Below the pieces are notes generated by a model, which saw nothing but the letters and a program-made list of their open reading frames with translations, was not told the origin of the DNA and ran no database searches. Both the position numbers and the translations under genes were made by a program. 64,000 nt of DNA from assembly GCA_965207465.1 (NCBI GenBank), contig OZ242283.1:1094429-1158428 (forward strand), written 5' to 3'. The stretch comes from Dehalococcoidia bacterium. GTDB taxonomy: Bacteria; Chloroflexota; Dehalococcoidia; Lucifugimonadales; JADFKI01. Shown in pieces: positions 52,504 through 60,898 of this stretch. The stretch's first letter is position 1; every line of letters starts with the position of its first letter.

Positions 52504-53914
52504 GGTAATGTCAGAAGTTGTGGAAATTGCAAAAGCGTAAGTAAAGGAAAAGGCGTATCCTTCCAGGCAAGCAAACCGTCTATAGGACGAGAAACTGGAG
52601 GAACACGCCGTGAGGGAAGTATACCAGAACGAAGGGAATGAGAACGTAGTGGAGGACATGCTGGACCAGATCGTGAGTGAAGGAGCAAGGCGGATGCTTG
52701 TAGCGGGACTTGAGGAGGAGGTGAGCAGATTTCTGGGAAGGGAGCGCTACGAGAGAGGCGAGGAGTTTCGCGGATACAGAAACGGATATCATCCCAGTCG
52801 GGAGCTGACAGTGGGATTGTCGGCGGTGGAGGTGAAGGTTCCGAGGGTATCGGACGTGCCGGCTGAGGTGTCTGCGAACGGTTTCGAGTCGAAGATAGTG
52901 AAGCGGTACGAGAGAACGAGTCGAAAGACGCAGGACCTGTTCCGGAAGCTGTATATGGAAGGGTTGTCGACCGGGGACTTCGAGCCGGTGTTCCGTGAGC
53001 TGGTTGGGGAAACGGCGGCGTTGAGTCGGAACGCGATCGTGAGGTTGAAGCAGCGTTGGGAGTCGGAGTACAGGGTGTGGTGCTCAAGGATGTTGAACGA
53101 GTACCGCTACGCCTACATCTGGGCTGACGGAGTGTATTTGGGAGCGGGAGTGGACAGGGAGAAGACTGCGTTGCTGTGCGTGGTGGGAGCGAGGGAGGAC
53201 GGTGAGAAGGAGTTGCTCGGGATGGAACTGGGCTATCGGGAGAGTACGGAGAGTTGGTCTGGTGTACTCAGGAGCTTGCGGGACCGAGGCATGAGCGCGC
53301 CTCTGCTGGCGATGGGAGATGGCGCACTTGGTCTGTGGTCAGCGCTGGATGGGGTGTTCCCGACTACGGCACACCAGCGCTGCTGGAACCACCGTGCGCT
53401 GAACGTGCAGGCGAAGTTACCGAAGGCGCTGCATTCGGAGGCTAGGCGCCGGTTAAGGGAGATGTCAGTCGCGCCCACACGGGCGGAGTGCGAGCGGCTG
53501 CGGGACGAGTACGTGGTTGATCTGAGCGCTGATGGTCGCACCGATGCCGCTGAGACGGTGGTCCGGGACTGGGAGTCGTTCGTTAGCTTCTATGACTTCC
53601 CGACCGAGCATTGGGTCCATTTGAGGACAACGAACCCGTTGGAGTCGGTGTTCAGCGGGGTGAGGCTGAGGACGGACGTGGCGAAGCGTATGAAGCGGCG
53701 TGACAGTGCGTTGTACCTGGTGTTCAAGGTGGCACTGAGGCTCTCGGAGCGTTGGAGACCGTTGTATGGAGGTAGAAACCTGATGAAGCTGCTGATGGAT
53801 GGAGCGAGATTCGAGAATGGGATCCTAACCGAGTTGCCGGTGACTGCTGAGGAGGCAGCAGCCTGATGAGCTAAGTCGCCTGGAAGGAATTTCCACAAGA
53901 CTTGACACAAGCTC
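52502..53914 (+). mobile_element. IS256-family insertion sequence, 1413 bp, with a 9-bp target-site duplication
   Basis: The direct repeat TAGCGCGAT at 52493-52501 and 53915-53923 flanks the element. The imperfect 29-bp terminal IRs (52502-52530 and 53886-53914) match at 21 of 29 positions and share TTGTGGAAATT. Confidence 0.9.
52610..53866 (+). CDS. IS256-family (Mutator-type) transposase
   Basis: 418 aa with a GTG start. Contains YIWADGVYL, the HQRCWNHRALNV...LPK motif, and TTNPLESVF. Confidence 0.9.
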   Translation: MREVYQNEGNENVVEDMLDQIVSEGARRMLVAGLEEEVSRFLGRERYERGEEFRGYRNGYHPSRELTVGLSAVEVKVPRVSDVPAEVSANGFESKIVKRYERTSRKTQDLFRKLYMEGLSTGDFEPVFRELVGETAALSRNAIVRLKQRWESEYRVWCSRMLNEYRYAYIWADGVYLGAGVDREKTALLCVVGAREDGEKELLGMELGYRESTESWSGVLRSLRDRGMSAPLLAMGDGALGLWSALDGVFPTTAHQRCWNHRALNVQAKLPKALHSEARRRLREMSVAPTRAECERLRDEYVVDLSADGRTDAAETVVRDWESFVSFYDFPTEHWVHLRTTNPLESVFSGVRLRTDVAKRMKRRDSALYLVFKVALRLSERWRPLYGGRNLMKLLMDGARFENGILTELPVTAEEAAA

Positions 53915-53923
53915 TAGCGCGAT

Positions 53924-54915
53924 ACCTGAAGGACAATGCCGAACGACGTGGGGCAGTCCCCAACAACACATGGGGATACGGCTTCGCTATGCTACCCGCG
54001 TCCGACGCAGCGCAGCCCACAGCGACGGCAACGCCATCACCGACGCACGAACCCACAGCAACCCATACACCTACAGTCGAGCTTACTGTGTCGCCAACAT
54101 CGACACCGCAAACTCCTGAACCTACGGCAACCCTTACACCTATCCCAACGGAGGCACCGGAAGGGACCCCCATGCCGACTGCGACGGCAGAGCCGACGGC
54201 AACACCTTCGCCCGAACCCACAGCGGCGCCCGCGCCTACCGTTCCCGCTGAAGTCCTGAATAGGTTAAGCGCGCTCGAAACTCTTGTGGCAACTCTGCAA
54301 GGGCTTATCTCCACACTTGAAGGCAGTATATCCGCGCTCAACAGCAATGTGTCGGCATTGGCGGGCAGGGTAGCCGCGCTTGAAGCGGATGCGGCAAATC
54401 CCGCTCCAACTTCGACACCTGTCCCTGTCACACCGACGGCAACGCCTGTCCCAGTTGCGCCGACGCCTACACCCGCCTCCGGCCAGCCACCGGCATCGAC
54501 ACCCACACCGGCCCCGACGGCGACGCCCGTCACAGACGCATGCCTGACGGGTATCGCGTCAGACGGCACTGAGAACGGAAGCTGGAGCAGCGCATGCACC
54601 ACCGACAGGAATCTAGTTACCGCCAATGCTCCGGTCGGAACTCGCTATGCGGGCTACTTCACATTCGCGCTGAGCCGGCAGTCAGAGGTAATGATAGCCC
54701 TTGAATCCTCTGAGGACACATATCTGTTCCTGCTGTCCGGTCATGGACGGAACGGAGGCGTCATCGAACAGAACGACGACATCGATTCCGCCGCACAGAA
54801 CTACAACTCGCGCGTGGTTGCAACGCTCGCTGCGGGCGAGTACACGATACTGGCGACAACCTACAACTTAGCCACCGCAGGCAACTTCACCCTCACGGTG
54901 AGCGGCATGCAGTGA
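53924..54915 (+). pseudogene. S8 peptidase paralog, C-terminal part (Pro/Thr linkers, coiled coil, PPC-like domain)
   Basis: Joining 52501 to 53924 restores ...QQVAR-YLKDNAERRGAVPNNTWGYGFAMLP in frame, parallel to VELAEYLKENAVERGEPGPDNIWGSGFGVLP in the intact paralog. The C-terminal YAGYFTFALSRQSEV...GNFTLTVSG is PPC-like. Confidence 0.85.
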
Positions 54916-54934
54916 CCGAGATGGTCGCATTGAA

Positions 54935-55040
54935 CTCCCTTCCCCTTACGGAGAAGGGAGTGATGCAATTTTCGTTCCAGGAGCGGTGACACAATTCATT
55001 TCACCCCCATCCCAGCCTTCCCCCATCAAGGGGGAAGGGA
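54935..55040. repeat. Hairpin plus inverted M2/M1 repeat
   Basis: CTCCCTTC (54935-54942) pairs with GAAGGGAG (54953-54960). CACCCCCATCCCAG followed by CCTTCCCCCATCAAGGGGGAAGG (55016-55038) is a perfect inverted M1. Confidence 0.8.
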
Positions 55041-55086
55041 CGAGATGAACGGCAATTATGCCCAGCCCTGGCTTCAGAAAAAGATG

Positions 55087-55115
55087 TGGACAGAGAAAAG
55101 AAACTTGGCTATAAT
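55087..55115 (+). promoter_or_regulatory. Sigma70-type promoter for the tRNA-Leu/tRNA-Cys pair
   Basis: TGGACA (55087-55092), a 17-nt spacer, then TATAAT (55110-55115), 28 nt upstream of tRNA-Leu. Confidence 0.55.
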
Positions 55116-55143
55116 TGCAGGACGTGGAAAGCCGACAGCGCTT

Positions 55144-55230
55144 GCCGAGGTGGTGGAATTGGTAGACACGCAGCGTTGAGGGCGCTGTGGCCGCAAGGCT
55201 GTAAGAGTTCGAATCTCTTCCTCGGCACCA
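55144..55230 (+). tRNA. tRNA-Leu (anticodon GAG), CCA encoded
   Basis: Acceptor GCCGAGG/CCTCGGC. Anticodon arm CAGCG-TTGAGGG-CGCTG. Long variable arm. T arm AAGAG-TTCGAAT-CTCTT. Confidence 0.93.
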
Positions 55231-55243
55231 ATGTAGTACATAC

Positions 55244-55318
55244 GGCGACGTAGCCAAGTGGTTAAGGCGGAGGTCTGCAAAACCTCTATCGGCGGTTCGA
55301 ATCCGCCCGTCGCCTCCA
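55244..55318 (+). tRNA. tRNA-Cys (anticodon GCA), CCA encoded
   Basis: Acceptor GGCGACG/CGTCGCC. Anticodon arm GAGGT-CTGCAAA-ACCTC. T arm GGCGG-TTCGAAT-CCGCC. Discriminator U. Confidence 0.93.
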
Positions 55319-55330
55319 TAGCAATTCAAT

Positions 55331-55367
55331 AAAGCCCGCGAGTCTTATCGCGGGCTTTGGCTTTTTT
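55331..55367 (+). terminator. Intrinsic terminator after the tRNA pair
   Basis: AAAGCCCGCGA (55331-55341) pairs with TCGCGGGCTTT (55348-55358), followed by GGCTTTTTT. Confidence 0.85.
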
Positions 55368-55447
55368 CGGCTGCCGTACTTCCACTTTGTTATAATTGTC
55401 CCAGGCTCAATAACGCATTATTCTCAAATACAAAGGTTGAAAGCATC

Positions 55448-56791
55448 GTGTCAGACAGCAACGCATCGGCAGTCGATTTGGACGCACTCGCTTCACTCGC
55501 CAAGCAGCGAGGCTTCATCTTCCAGAGCAGCGAGATTTACGGCGGCATCGCCAGCACATGGGACTATGGTCCTCTGGGTGTGGAACTAAAGCGCAACATC
55601 AAAGACGCTTGGTGGCGCAAGTTCGTCTGGGAGCGGGACGACATGGTCGGCCTGGACTCGTCCATCCTGATGAACCCCGAGGTATGGCGCGCGAGCGGAC
55701 ACGTTGACAGCTTCACCGATCCGCTTGTCGATTGCCGGGTGTGCCGACAACGGTGGCGCGAGGACCAGCTTGAAGAGCGCAAGTGTCCGGCCTGCGGCGG
55801 CGAGCTGACCGAGGCGCGCAACTTCAACCTGATGTTTAAGACGTTCATTGGACCTGTCGAAGACGATACATCGGTCGCATTCTTGCGGCCTGAGACGGCG
55901 CAGGGCATTTTCGTGAACTTTGAGAACGTGCTGAACTCATCGCGCAAGCGCCTGCCCTTCGGCATCGCGCAGATCGGGAAGGCGTTCCGGAATGAGATTA
56001 CGACCGGGAACTTCATCTTCCGCACGCGCGAGTTCGAGATGATGGAGATCGAGTATTTCGTTGAGCCGGGAACCGATGAGGAGATTCACGAGCAGTGGAT
56101 CCAAGACTGCCTCGCCTGGTACACGGGGCTGGGTGTCAGCAGGGACAGGCTCAGGGTGAGAGCACACGACGCGGAGGAATTATCTCACTACTCCAAGGCG
56201 ACTTACGACATCGAGTACCTGTTCCCATGGGGATGGGGTGAAATTCAGGGCATTGCCAATCGCACCGACTTCGACCTGAAGGCGCACTCTGAACGAAGCG
56301 GGCATGGCCTAACGTATTTCGACATTGAATCAAACAGCCGCTTCACTCCGTATGTCGTGGAGCCGGCGGCGGGTGTGGACCGCGCGGCGATGACATTTCT
56401 CGTTGATGCCTATACTGAGGAAGAAGCACCAACGGCACGCGGCGGTACGCAGAAGCGCGTCGTTATGAAATTTCACCCGACTATTGCGCCCGTGAAAGTG
56501 GCGATACTTCCACTAAGTCGCAACGAAAGGCTTGTGCCGCTCGGTCGCGAGGTGTATGACACGGTACGGCGAAGCGGTGCAGTTGAGGGCTTCGTGCAGT
56601 ACGACGACGCGCAGAGTATCGGAAGGCGCTACCGGCGGCAGGATGAGATCGGCACGCCGCTGTGCATCACGGTAGATTTCGACTCACTCGACGACAACGC
56701 CGTGACAATACGCGACAGGGACACGATGGAGCAGGCGCGCATTCCAATTGCCTCGCTGGATGCGGAGTTGGGGACGCGGCTGCGGGTGTGA
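55448..56791 (+). CDS. glyQS: Glycine--tRNA ligase (dimeric alpha2 type)
   Basis: 447 aa with a GTG start. Contains FIFQSSEIYGGIASTWDYGPLGVELKRNIKDAWW and FRNEITTGNFIFRTREFEMMEIEYF. Confidence 0.92.
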   Translation: MSDSNASAVDLDALASLAKQRGFIFQSSEIYGGIASTWDYGPLGVELKRNIKDAWWRKFVWERDDMVGLDSSILMNPEVWRASGHVDSFTDPLVDCRVCRQRWREDQLEERKCPACGGELTEARNFNLMFKTFIGPVEDDTSVAFLRPETAQGIFVNFENVLNSSRKRLPFGIAQIGKAFRNEITTGNFIFRTREFEMMEIEYFVEPGTDEEIHEQWIQDCLAWYTGLGVSRDRLRVRAHDAEELSHYSKATYDIEYLFPWGWGEIQGIANRTDFDLKAHSERSGHGLTYFDIESNSRFTPYVVEPAAGVDRAAMTFLVDAYTEEEAPTARGGTQKRVVMKFHPTIAPVKVAILPLSRNERLVPLGREVYDTVRRSGAVEGFVQYDDAQSIGRRYRRQDEIGTPLCITVDFDSLDDNAVTIRDRDTMEQARIPIASLDAELGTRLRV

Positions 56792-56796
56792 GGAAC

Positions 56797-58026
56797 ATGC
56801 GTATCCTACACTTCGCCGACCTCCATATAGGCGTGGAGAACTACGGCAGAATCAACCCGAATACGGGGTTGTCCTCGCGGCTCGGTGACTTTCTTCGCAC
56901 ATACGACGAGCTCGTGGACTACGCGATAGACACCGGCGTTGACCTTGTGCTGTTCTGCGGGGACGCGTACAAGAGCCGCGACCCGTCACAGACGCACCAG
57001 CGCGAGTTCGCCAGGCGCATTGCGCGCTTGTCGGACGCGGGCATCCCGACGTTCCTGCTGGTGGGCAACCACGATACGCCACAGGTTATCGCGCAGGCGA
57101 CCGCGCTCGAAATCTTTCCGACCCTGAATGTGGCTGATGTGCATATTGGCGAAAGGCTTCAGACTTACATAGTCGAGACACGAGACGGGCCGTTACAGGT
57201 CGTTGCGCTGCCCTGGATTAAGCGAAGCGATTTCCTTGCATCCGATGCCACACGCGGGATGACGCACCGCGAAATCAACGAGGCTATCGAACAGGGCATA
57301 TCCAAAGCTATACAGGTGGAGGTCGAAAGGCTGGACAGTGCAGTTCCGGCGATTCTGGCCGGGCACGTGACTATCAGCCAATCCACCCTGGCTTCCGAGC
57401 AGTCCATGATGCTTGGGCATGACCATGTGCTAATGAACAGCAGTGTGGCGCTGCCCCAACTCGATTACGTGGCTCTCGGTCATATACACCGCCACCAAGT
57501 GCTTAGCCAGAATCCGTATGTCGTATATGCGGGCAGCCCGGAGCGCGTCGATTTCGGTGAAGAGAAGGATGACAAAGGGTTCTGCATCATTGATATTGAC
57601 CCGTCGTTGCCGCAAGGCTCGCGCCTGACCGGCTTTGAGTTCATCAAGAGCAGCGCGCGCAGGTTCCTGACGATAGATGTGAAACTCGGCTCAGGAGATG
57701 ACGATCCGACTGCGACAGTCACCAGAGCGATTGAGTCGGAAAACCTGTCCGGTGCGATAGTGAGGCTGCGGCTGTCGCTGCCTGCCGAACTCGAACCTAT
57801 GCTGATCGAAAGCAGAATCAGGGATGCGCTCGGACCGGCGCATCACATTGCTTCAATCTCAAAGGATGTTTCTGAGAGGGCGAGAACGCGGCTTCAGAAC
57901 GTGAATACGCGCGGCCTGTCTCCACAGGATGCGCTGCGCCTGTACTTCGACACGCGCAATGTTCCCGAGGACCGCGCCGGAGTCCTGATGAAGTACGCCG
58001 ATGAACTCATTGCGGAGCGTGAGTGA
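56797..58026 (+). CDS. sbcD: SbcD/Mre11-family DNA repair exonuclease (calcineurin-like phosphoesterase)
   Basis: I place the start at ATG 56797 (MRILHFADLHIG...), 6 nt after the glyQS stop. Contains GDAYKSRDP, LVGNHD and GHIH. The track ORF's extension to 56662 overlaps glyQS. Confidence 0.8.
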   Translation: MRILHFADLHIGVENYGRINPNTGLSSRLGDFLRTYDELVDYAIDTGVDLVLFCGDAYKSRDPSQTHQREFARRIARLSDAGIPTFLLVGNHDTPQVIAQATALEIFPTLNVADVHIGERLQTYIVETRDGPLQVVALPWIKRSDFLASDATRGMTHREINEAIEQGISKAIQVEVERLDSAVPAILAGHVTISQSTLASEQSMMLGHDHVLMNSSVALPQLDYVALGHIHRHQVLSQNPYVVYAGSPERVDFGEEKDDKGFCIIDIDPSLPQGSRLTGFEFIKSSARRFLTIDVKLGSGDDDPTATVTRAIESENLSGAIVRLRLSLPAELEPMLIESRIRDALGPAHHIASISKDVSERARTRLQNVNTRGLSPQDALRLYFDTRNVPEDRAGVLMKYADELIAERE

Positions 58027-58119
58027 ACTCCAATACATCGGTGGTGAACCTTAAGGCGCATTCACAGCATCTTATGTGTAAATCGAAGCTCAATCAATGA
58101 AGTGTGTGGAGGGGAAGAA

Positions 58120-58680
58120 ATGAACATTGTGCTGGCGCTGCCGAGAATCAAAGCGCCTTCTATTTTGCGGAGCCGACTTTCCTTGTTGTTTTTGCTGTGC
58201 CTACCCCTGCTCATGGTGGCGGCGGGGTGTTCACAGCAGAGCGAACCGACCGATCCGGCGCCTGACTTCGAGCTGACACTCTACGGCACGGAGACACGGC
58301 AGGCGGGCGAAACGCTACGGCTGTCCGACCTCAAAGGCAAGCCAGTAGTCCTCAACTTCTGGTTCCCCTCATGCCCGCCGTGCGTCGCTGAGATGCCAGA
58401 GTTCGAGAGGGTGTTTCAGAATCACAGGAGCCATGACGTGGAATTCGTAGGCGTACAGCTTCTTGGCATAGATACCGCGGAAGACGGACAGAACTTCGTC
58501 AGCGAAGTGGGTGTAACATACGCTCTGGGACCGGACGAGGACGACATCATCACGAAGTACAAGGTGAACGGCTTTCCGATGACAGTCTTCATTGACAAGA
58601 ACCAGAACGTCGTGAGGCGGTGGCAGGGCGTTCTCAACGAAGAGAAGATGGAAGAGATTCTCGGCGAAATCATAAATTAG
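58120..58680 (+). CDS. TlpA/ResA-like thiol-disulfide oxidoreductase (redoxin), membrane-anchored or lipoprotein
   Basis: ATG 58120 follows GGAGGGG. Contains a signal with AAGC, and VVLNFWFPSCPPCVAEMPEF (CxxC). Confidence 0.8.
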   Translation: MNIVLALPRIKAPSILRSRLSLLFLLCLPLLMVAAGCSQQSEPTDPAPDFELTLYGTETRQAGETLRLSDLKGKPVVLNFWFPSCPPCVAEMPEFERVFQNHRSHDVEFVGVQLLGIDTAEDGQNFVSEVGVTYALGPDEDDIITKYKVNGFPMTVFIDKNQNVVRRWQGVLNEEKMEEILGEIIN

Positions 58681-58743
58681 AGTTGAGGATGCTTGATTGA
58701 ATGGTCATCCAGCTCCGTTGCCGGCTCTGATTCAGACTGAGTT

Positions 58744-59241
58744 ATGAGTCTGACCGATACATTCCTGCTAATCGTGCGGTGGCTGCATCTAGTCTCTGCC
58801 GCAGCCTGGGTTGGCGGCAGTGTCTTCTATCTCGTAGTCCTGCGACCTGCGCTTCGCCGCTCCCCGGAGGGGTCGAGGCTCATCAACGCTGCGACTGCGA
58901 GCGAGTTTCGCGCGCTTGTCGAGACATGTGTCTATGTTCTGATTGCCACCGGTGTCATACTTTCGCTGCATCGCCTCACGCCGGGAGTCGTTGGCGCGCC
59001 TTACGTGATTGTGCTGGGGGCTAAGATTGCGCTGTCGGTATGGATGTTTGCGCTGGCATGGACTCGACGCAAGCGCACGTCGGTTACGGAGGCATTCCGC
59101 GAAGAGCAGGCAACTCCGACAAGCGCCTTCGGCCGAATACTGCGAGCGATGTCCGGCTACAACACACTCGTCATCCTGGGGCTGGCAGTTTTCCTTCTTT
59201 CAGACCTGTTGAAGACATTGTACGAGCTGGCGCTGAAATAG
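58744..59241 (+). CDS. Integral membrane protein (4 TM), CopD-like?
   Basis: 165 aa. Contains WLHLVSAAAWVGGSVFYLVVLRP, reminiscent of CopD/DUF-type membrane proteins. The function call is weak. Confidence 0.6.
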   Translation: MSLTDTFLLIVRWLHLVSAAAWVGGSVFYLVVLRPALRRSPEGSRLINAATASEFRALVETCVYVLIATGVILSLHRLTPGVVGAPYVIVLGAKIALSVWMFALAWTRRKRTSVTEAFREEQATPTSAFGRILRAMSGYNTLVILGLAVFLLSDLLKTLYELALK

Positions 59242-59307
59242 ACGACAGCGCCTTTACGCGCTGATACGCTACAATTCAGACCGAATTTAATTTGCGGAGG
59301 GCTTTGG

Positions 59308-59487
59308 ATGCGAAGGAAGCTGATGGACATTCTAGTATGCCCGACCTGCAGGGGGCAGCTGATCCTCAAAGTCAAAGAAGAGCGCGACGGAGAGATTATC
59401 GAGGGCAGCCTGTCGTGCAAATCCTGCGATGACGTCTATCCCATAGAGGACACGATTCCGAACATGCTGCCGCCGGCGTTGCGCTGA
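59308..59487 (+). CDS. Trm112-like (UPF0434/DUF343) zinc-ribbon protein, 59 aa; below the ORF-track length cutoff
   Basis: The sequence is MRRKLMDILVCPTCRGQLILKVKEERDGEIIEGSLSCKSCDDVYPIEDTIPNMLPPALR. It matches the CPxC...CxxC...YPIxDxIPxML pattern. Confidence 0.75.
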   Translation: MRRKLMDILVCPTCRGQLILKVKEERDGEIIEGSLSCKSCDDVYPIEDTIPNMLPPALR

Positions 59488-59517
59488 TAGGTGGCTCTGT
59501 AACAGCACAAAATGGCT

Positions 59518-60024
59518 CTATTGCCAATTTACTCTTTCCATAGAGTTATCTTGACCGCCGAGGGCCCGAAGCATTTCGCTGACCGTCAGTCCGTTCACCG
59601 GATGCGTGATGTGCGGCGCGATGTCGGCGAGCGGTCGCAGGACGAAAAGCCTTTCAGCCATCCGCGGGTGCGGCAGGACCAGCGGAGGCGACTCCATGAC
59701 AAGTCGATTGTAGAGCAGGATATCCAAGTCGAGAATGCGGGAGGCGTTCTGAAAGATGCGACGCCTGCCTACGGCAGCCTCGATTCCCAGCAGTCCCTCG
59801 ATCAGCAGGAACGGCGTGAGCCTAGTGCTGATGCGACACACGGCGTTGTAGAACGGGGGCTGGTTGCGGAATCCCTGCGGCGATGTCCTGTAAACCGGGG
59901 ATGACTGTACATCGACCGCCAGCTTTCGCATCAGTGCAATCGCGGCGTCAAGATTAGCGAGCGAATTGCCGAGGTTCGAGCCAAGCCCGATGTATGCTTC
60001 ATTTATCATCAGTCCGGGTAGCAC
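59518..60024 (-). CDS. folK: 2-amino-4-hydroxy-6-hydroxymethyldihydropteridine diphosphokinase
   Basis: Contains AYIGLGSNLG, PVYRTSPQG, RILDLDILLY and PHPRMAERLFVLRPL. The start is possibly at 60009. Confidence 0.9.
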   Translation of the reverse strand: MLPGLMINEAYIGLGSNLGNSLANLDAAIALMRKLAVDVQSSPVYRTSPQGFRNQPPFYNAVCRISTRLTPFLLIEGLLGIEAAVGRRRIFQNASRILDLDILLYNRLVMESPPLVLPHPRMAERLFVLRPLADIAPHITHPVNGLTVSEMLRALGGQDNSMERVNWQ

Positions 60025-60898
60025 CTTCTCGGCTCCAACCGCGCACCACGGCGTCGCTCATTCTGGCGACACGGACCATCTCTTTGACATCATGGACACG
60101 CACGATGTCGGCGCCGAACGCTACGGAGAGCGCGACGGTCGCAGCCGTCCCTTCGAGCCGTTCCTCAACAGGCAAGTCCAGCACGTAGCCAATGGTTGAC
60201 TTTCGGGACATTCCCACAAGAAGGGGCGCGCCCAGCGCTCTGAATTCGGGCAGCCTGCGAAGAATCTCAAGATTATGCTCTGCCGTCTTGCCGAAGCCCA
60301 TGCCGGGGTCGAGTATGACATTCTCACGTCTGAAGCCCACCCGAACCGCAGAGTCCATCATCTCCTGAAGTCCCGCGATTACGTCAGGGACAAGTTTCAC
60401 GTAGCGGGTGTGCCTCTGATTGTGCATTAGCACGACGGGCACGTCGGCAGCGACGGCGACTTGCGCCATCCTAGGATCGCGGCGGAAGCCCCACACATCG
60501 TTGATCATCGCCGCGCCAGCCTGAAGCGCGGCATGCGCAACTTCAGCCTTATACGTATCGACGCTTATGGGGATGTCGAGATGCGGCGACAAGTTCTCAA
60601 TGACCGGGACTACGCGGCACATCTCTTCGTCCGCCGATATGGGGGAGACATCGGAATAAATGGACGGCGGGCGGGTAGATTCGCCACCGATGTCGATGAT
60701 GTCCGCGCCCTCAGCTTGAAAGCGAACCGCTTGCTCGACCGCCGAGTCTATGTCGCTTCCCAGACCGTCACCGGAAAAGGAGTCGGGCGTTACATTTAGA
60801 ACGCCCATGATGAAGGTGCGGCTTCCCCACTCGAAGAGGCGGCTTCCTATTTTCGTTGGACGGAGATGAGTCCGTGAAGGAGATTTCATATCTTCCAA
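59999..60898 (-). CDS. folP: Dihydropteroate synthase
   Basis: Contains IMGVLNVTPDSFSGDG, IIDIGGESTRP, DPGMGFGKT and RVHDV. Confidence 0.9.
   Translation of the reverse strand: MEDMKSPSRTHLRPTKIGSRLFEWGSRTFIMGVLNVTPDSFSGDGLGSDIDSAVEQAVRFQAEGADIIDIGGESTRPPSIYSDVSPISADEEMCRVVPVIENLSPHLDIPISVDTYKAEVAHAALQAGAAMINDVWGFRRDPRMAQVAVAADVPVVLMHNQRHTRYVKLVPDVIAGLQEMMDSAVRVGFRRENVILDPGMGFGKTAEHNLEILRRLPEFRALGAPLLVGMSRKSTIGYVLDLPVEERLEGTAATVALSVAFGADIVRVHDVKEMVRVARMSDAVVRGWSREGATRTDDK

Noticed and set aside
53871-54626. 251-aa Gly/Val/Ala-rich minus-strand ORF
   Set aside because: It is antisense to the Pro/Thr-linker region of the S8 peptidase C-terminal fragment and is a compositional artefact.
48215-55143. 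Prophage or integrative element at ssrA
   Set aside because: No integrase, excisionase, or structural or replication genes are present. The interval holds only IS elements and a host-like protease paralog. It is kept as a plasticity-zone finding rather than called a prophage.
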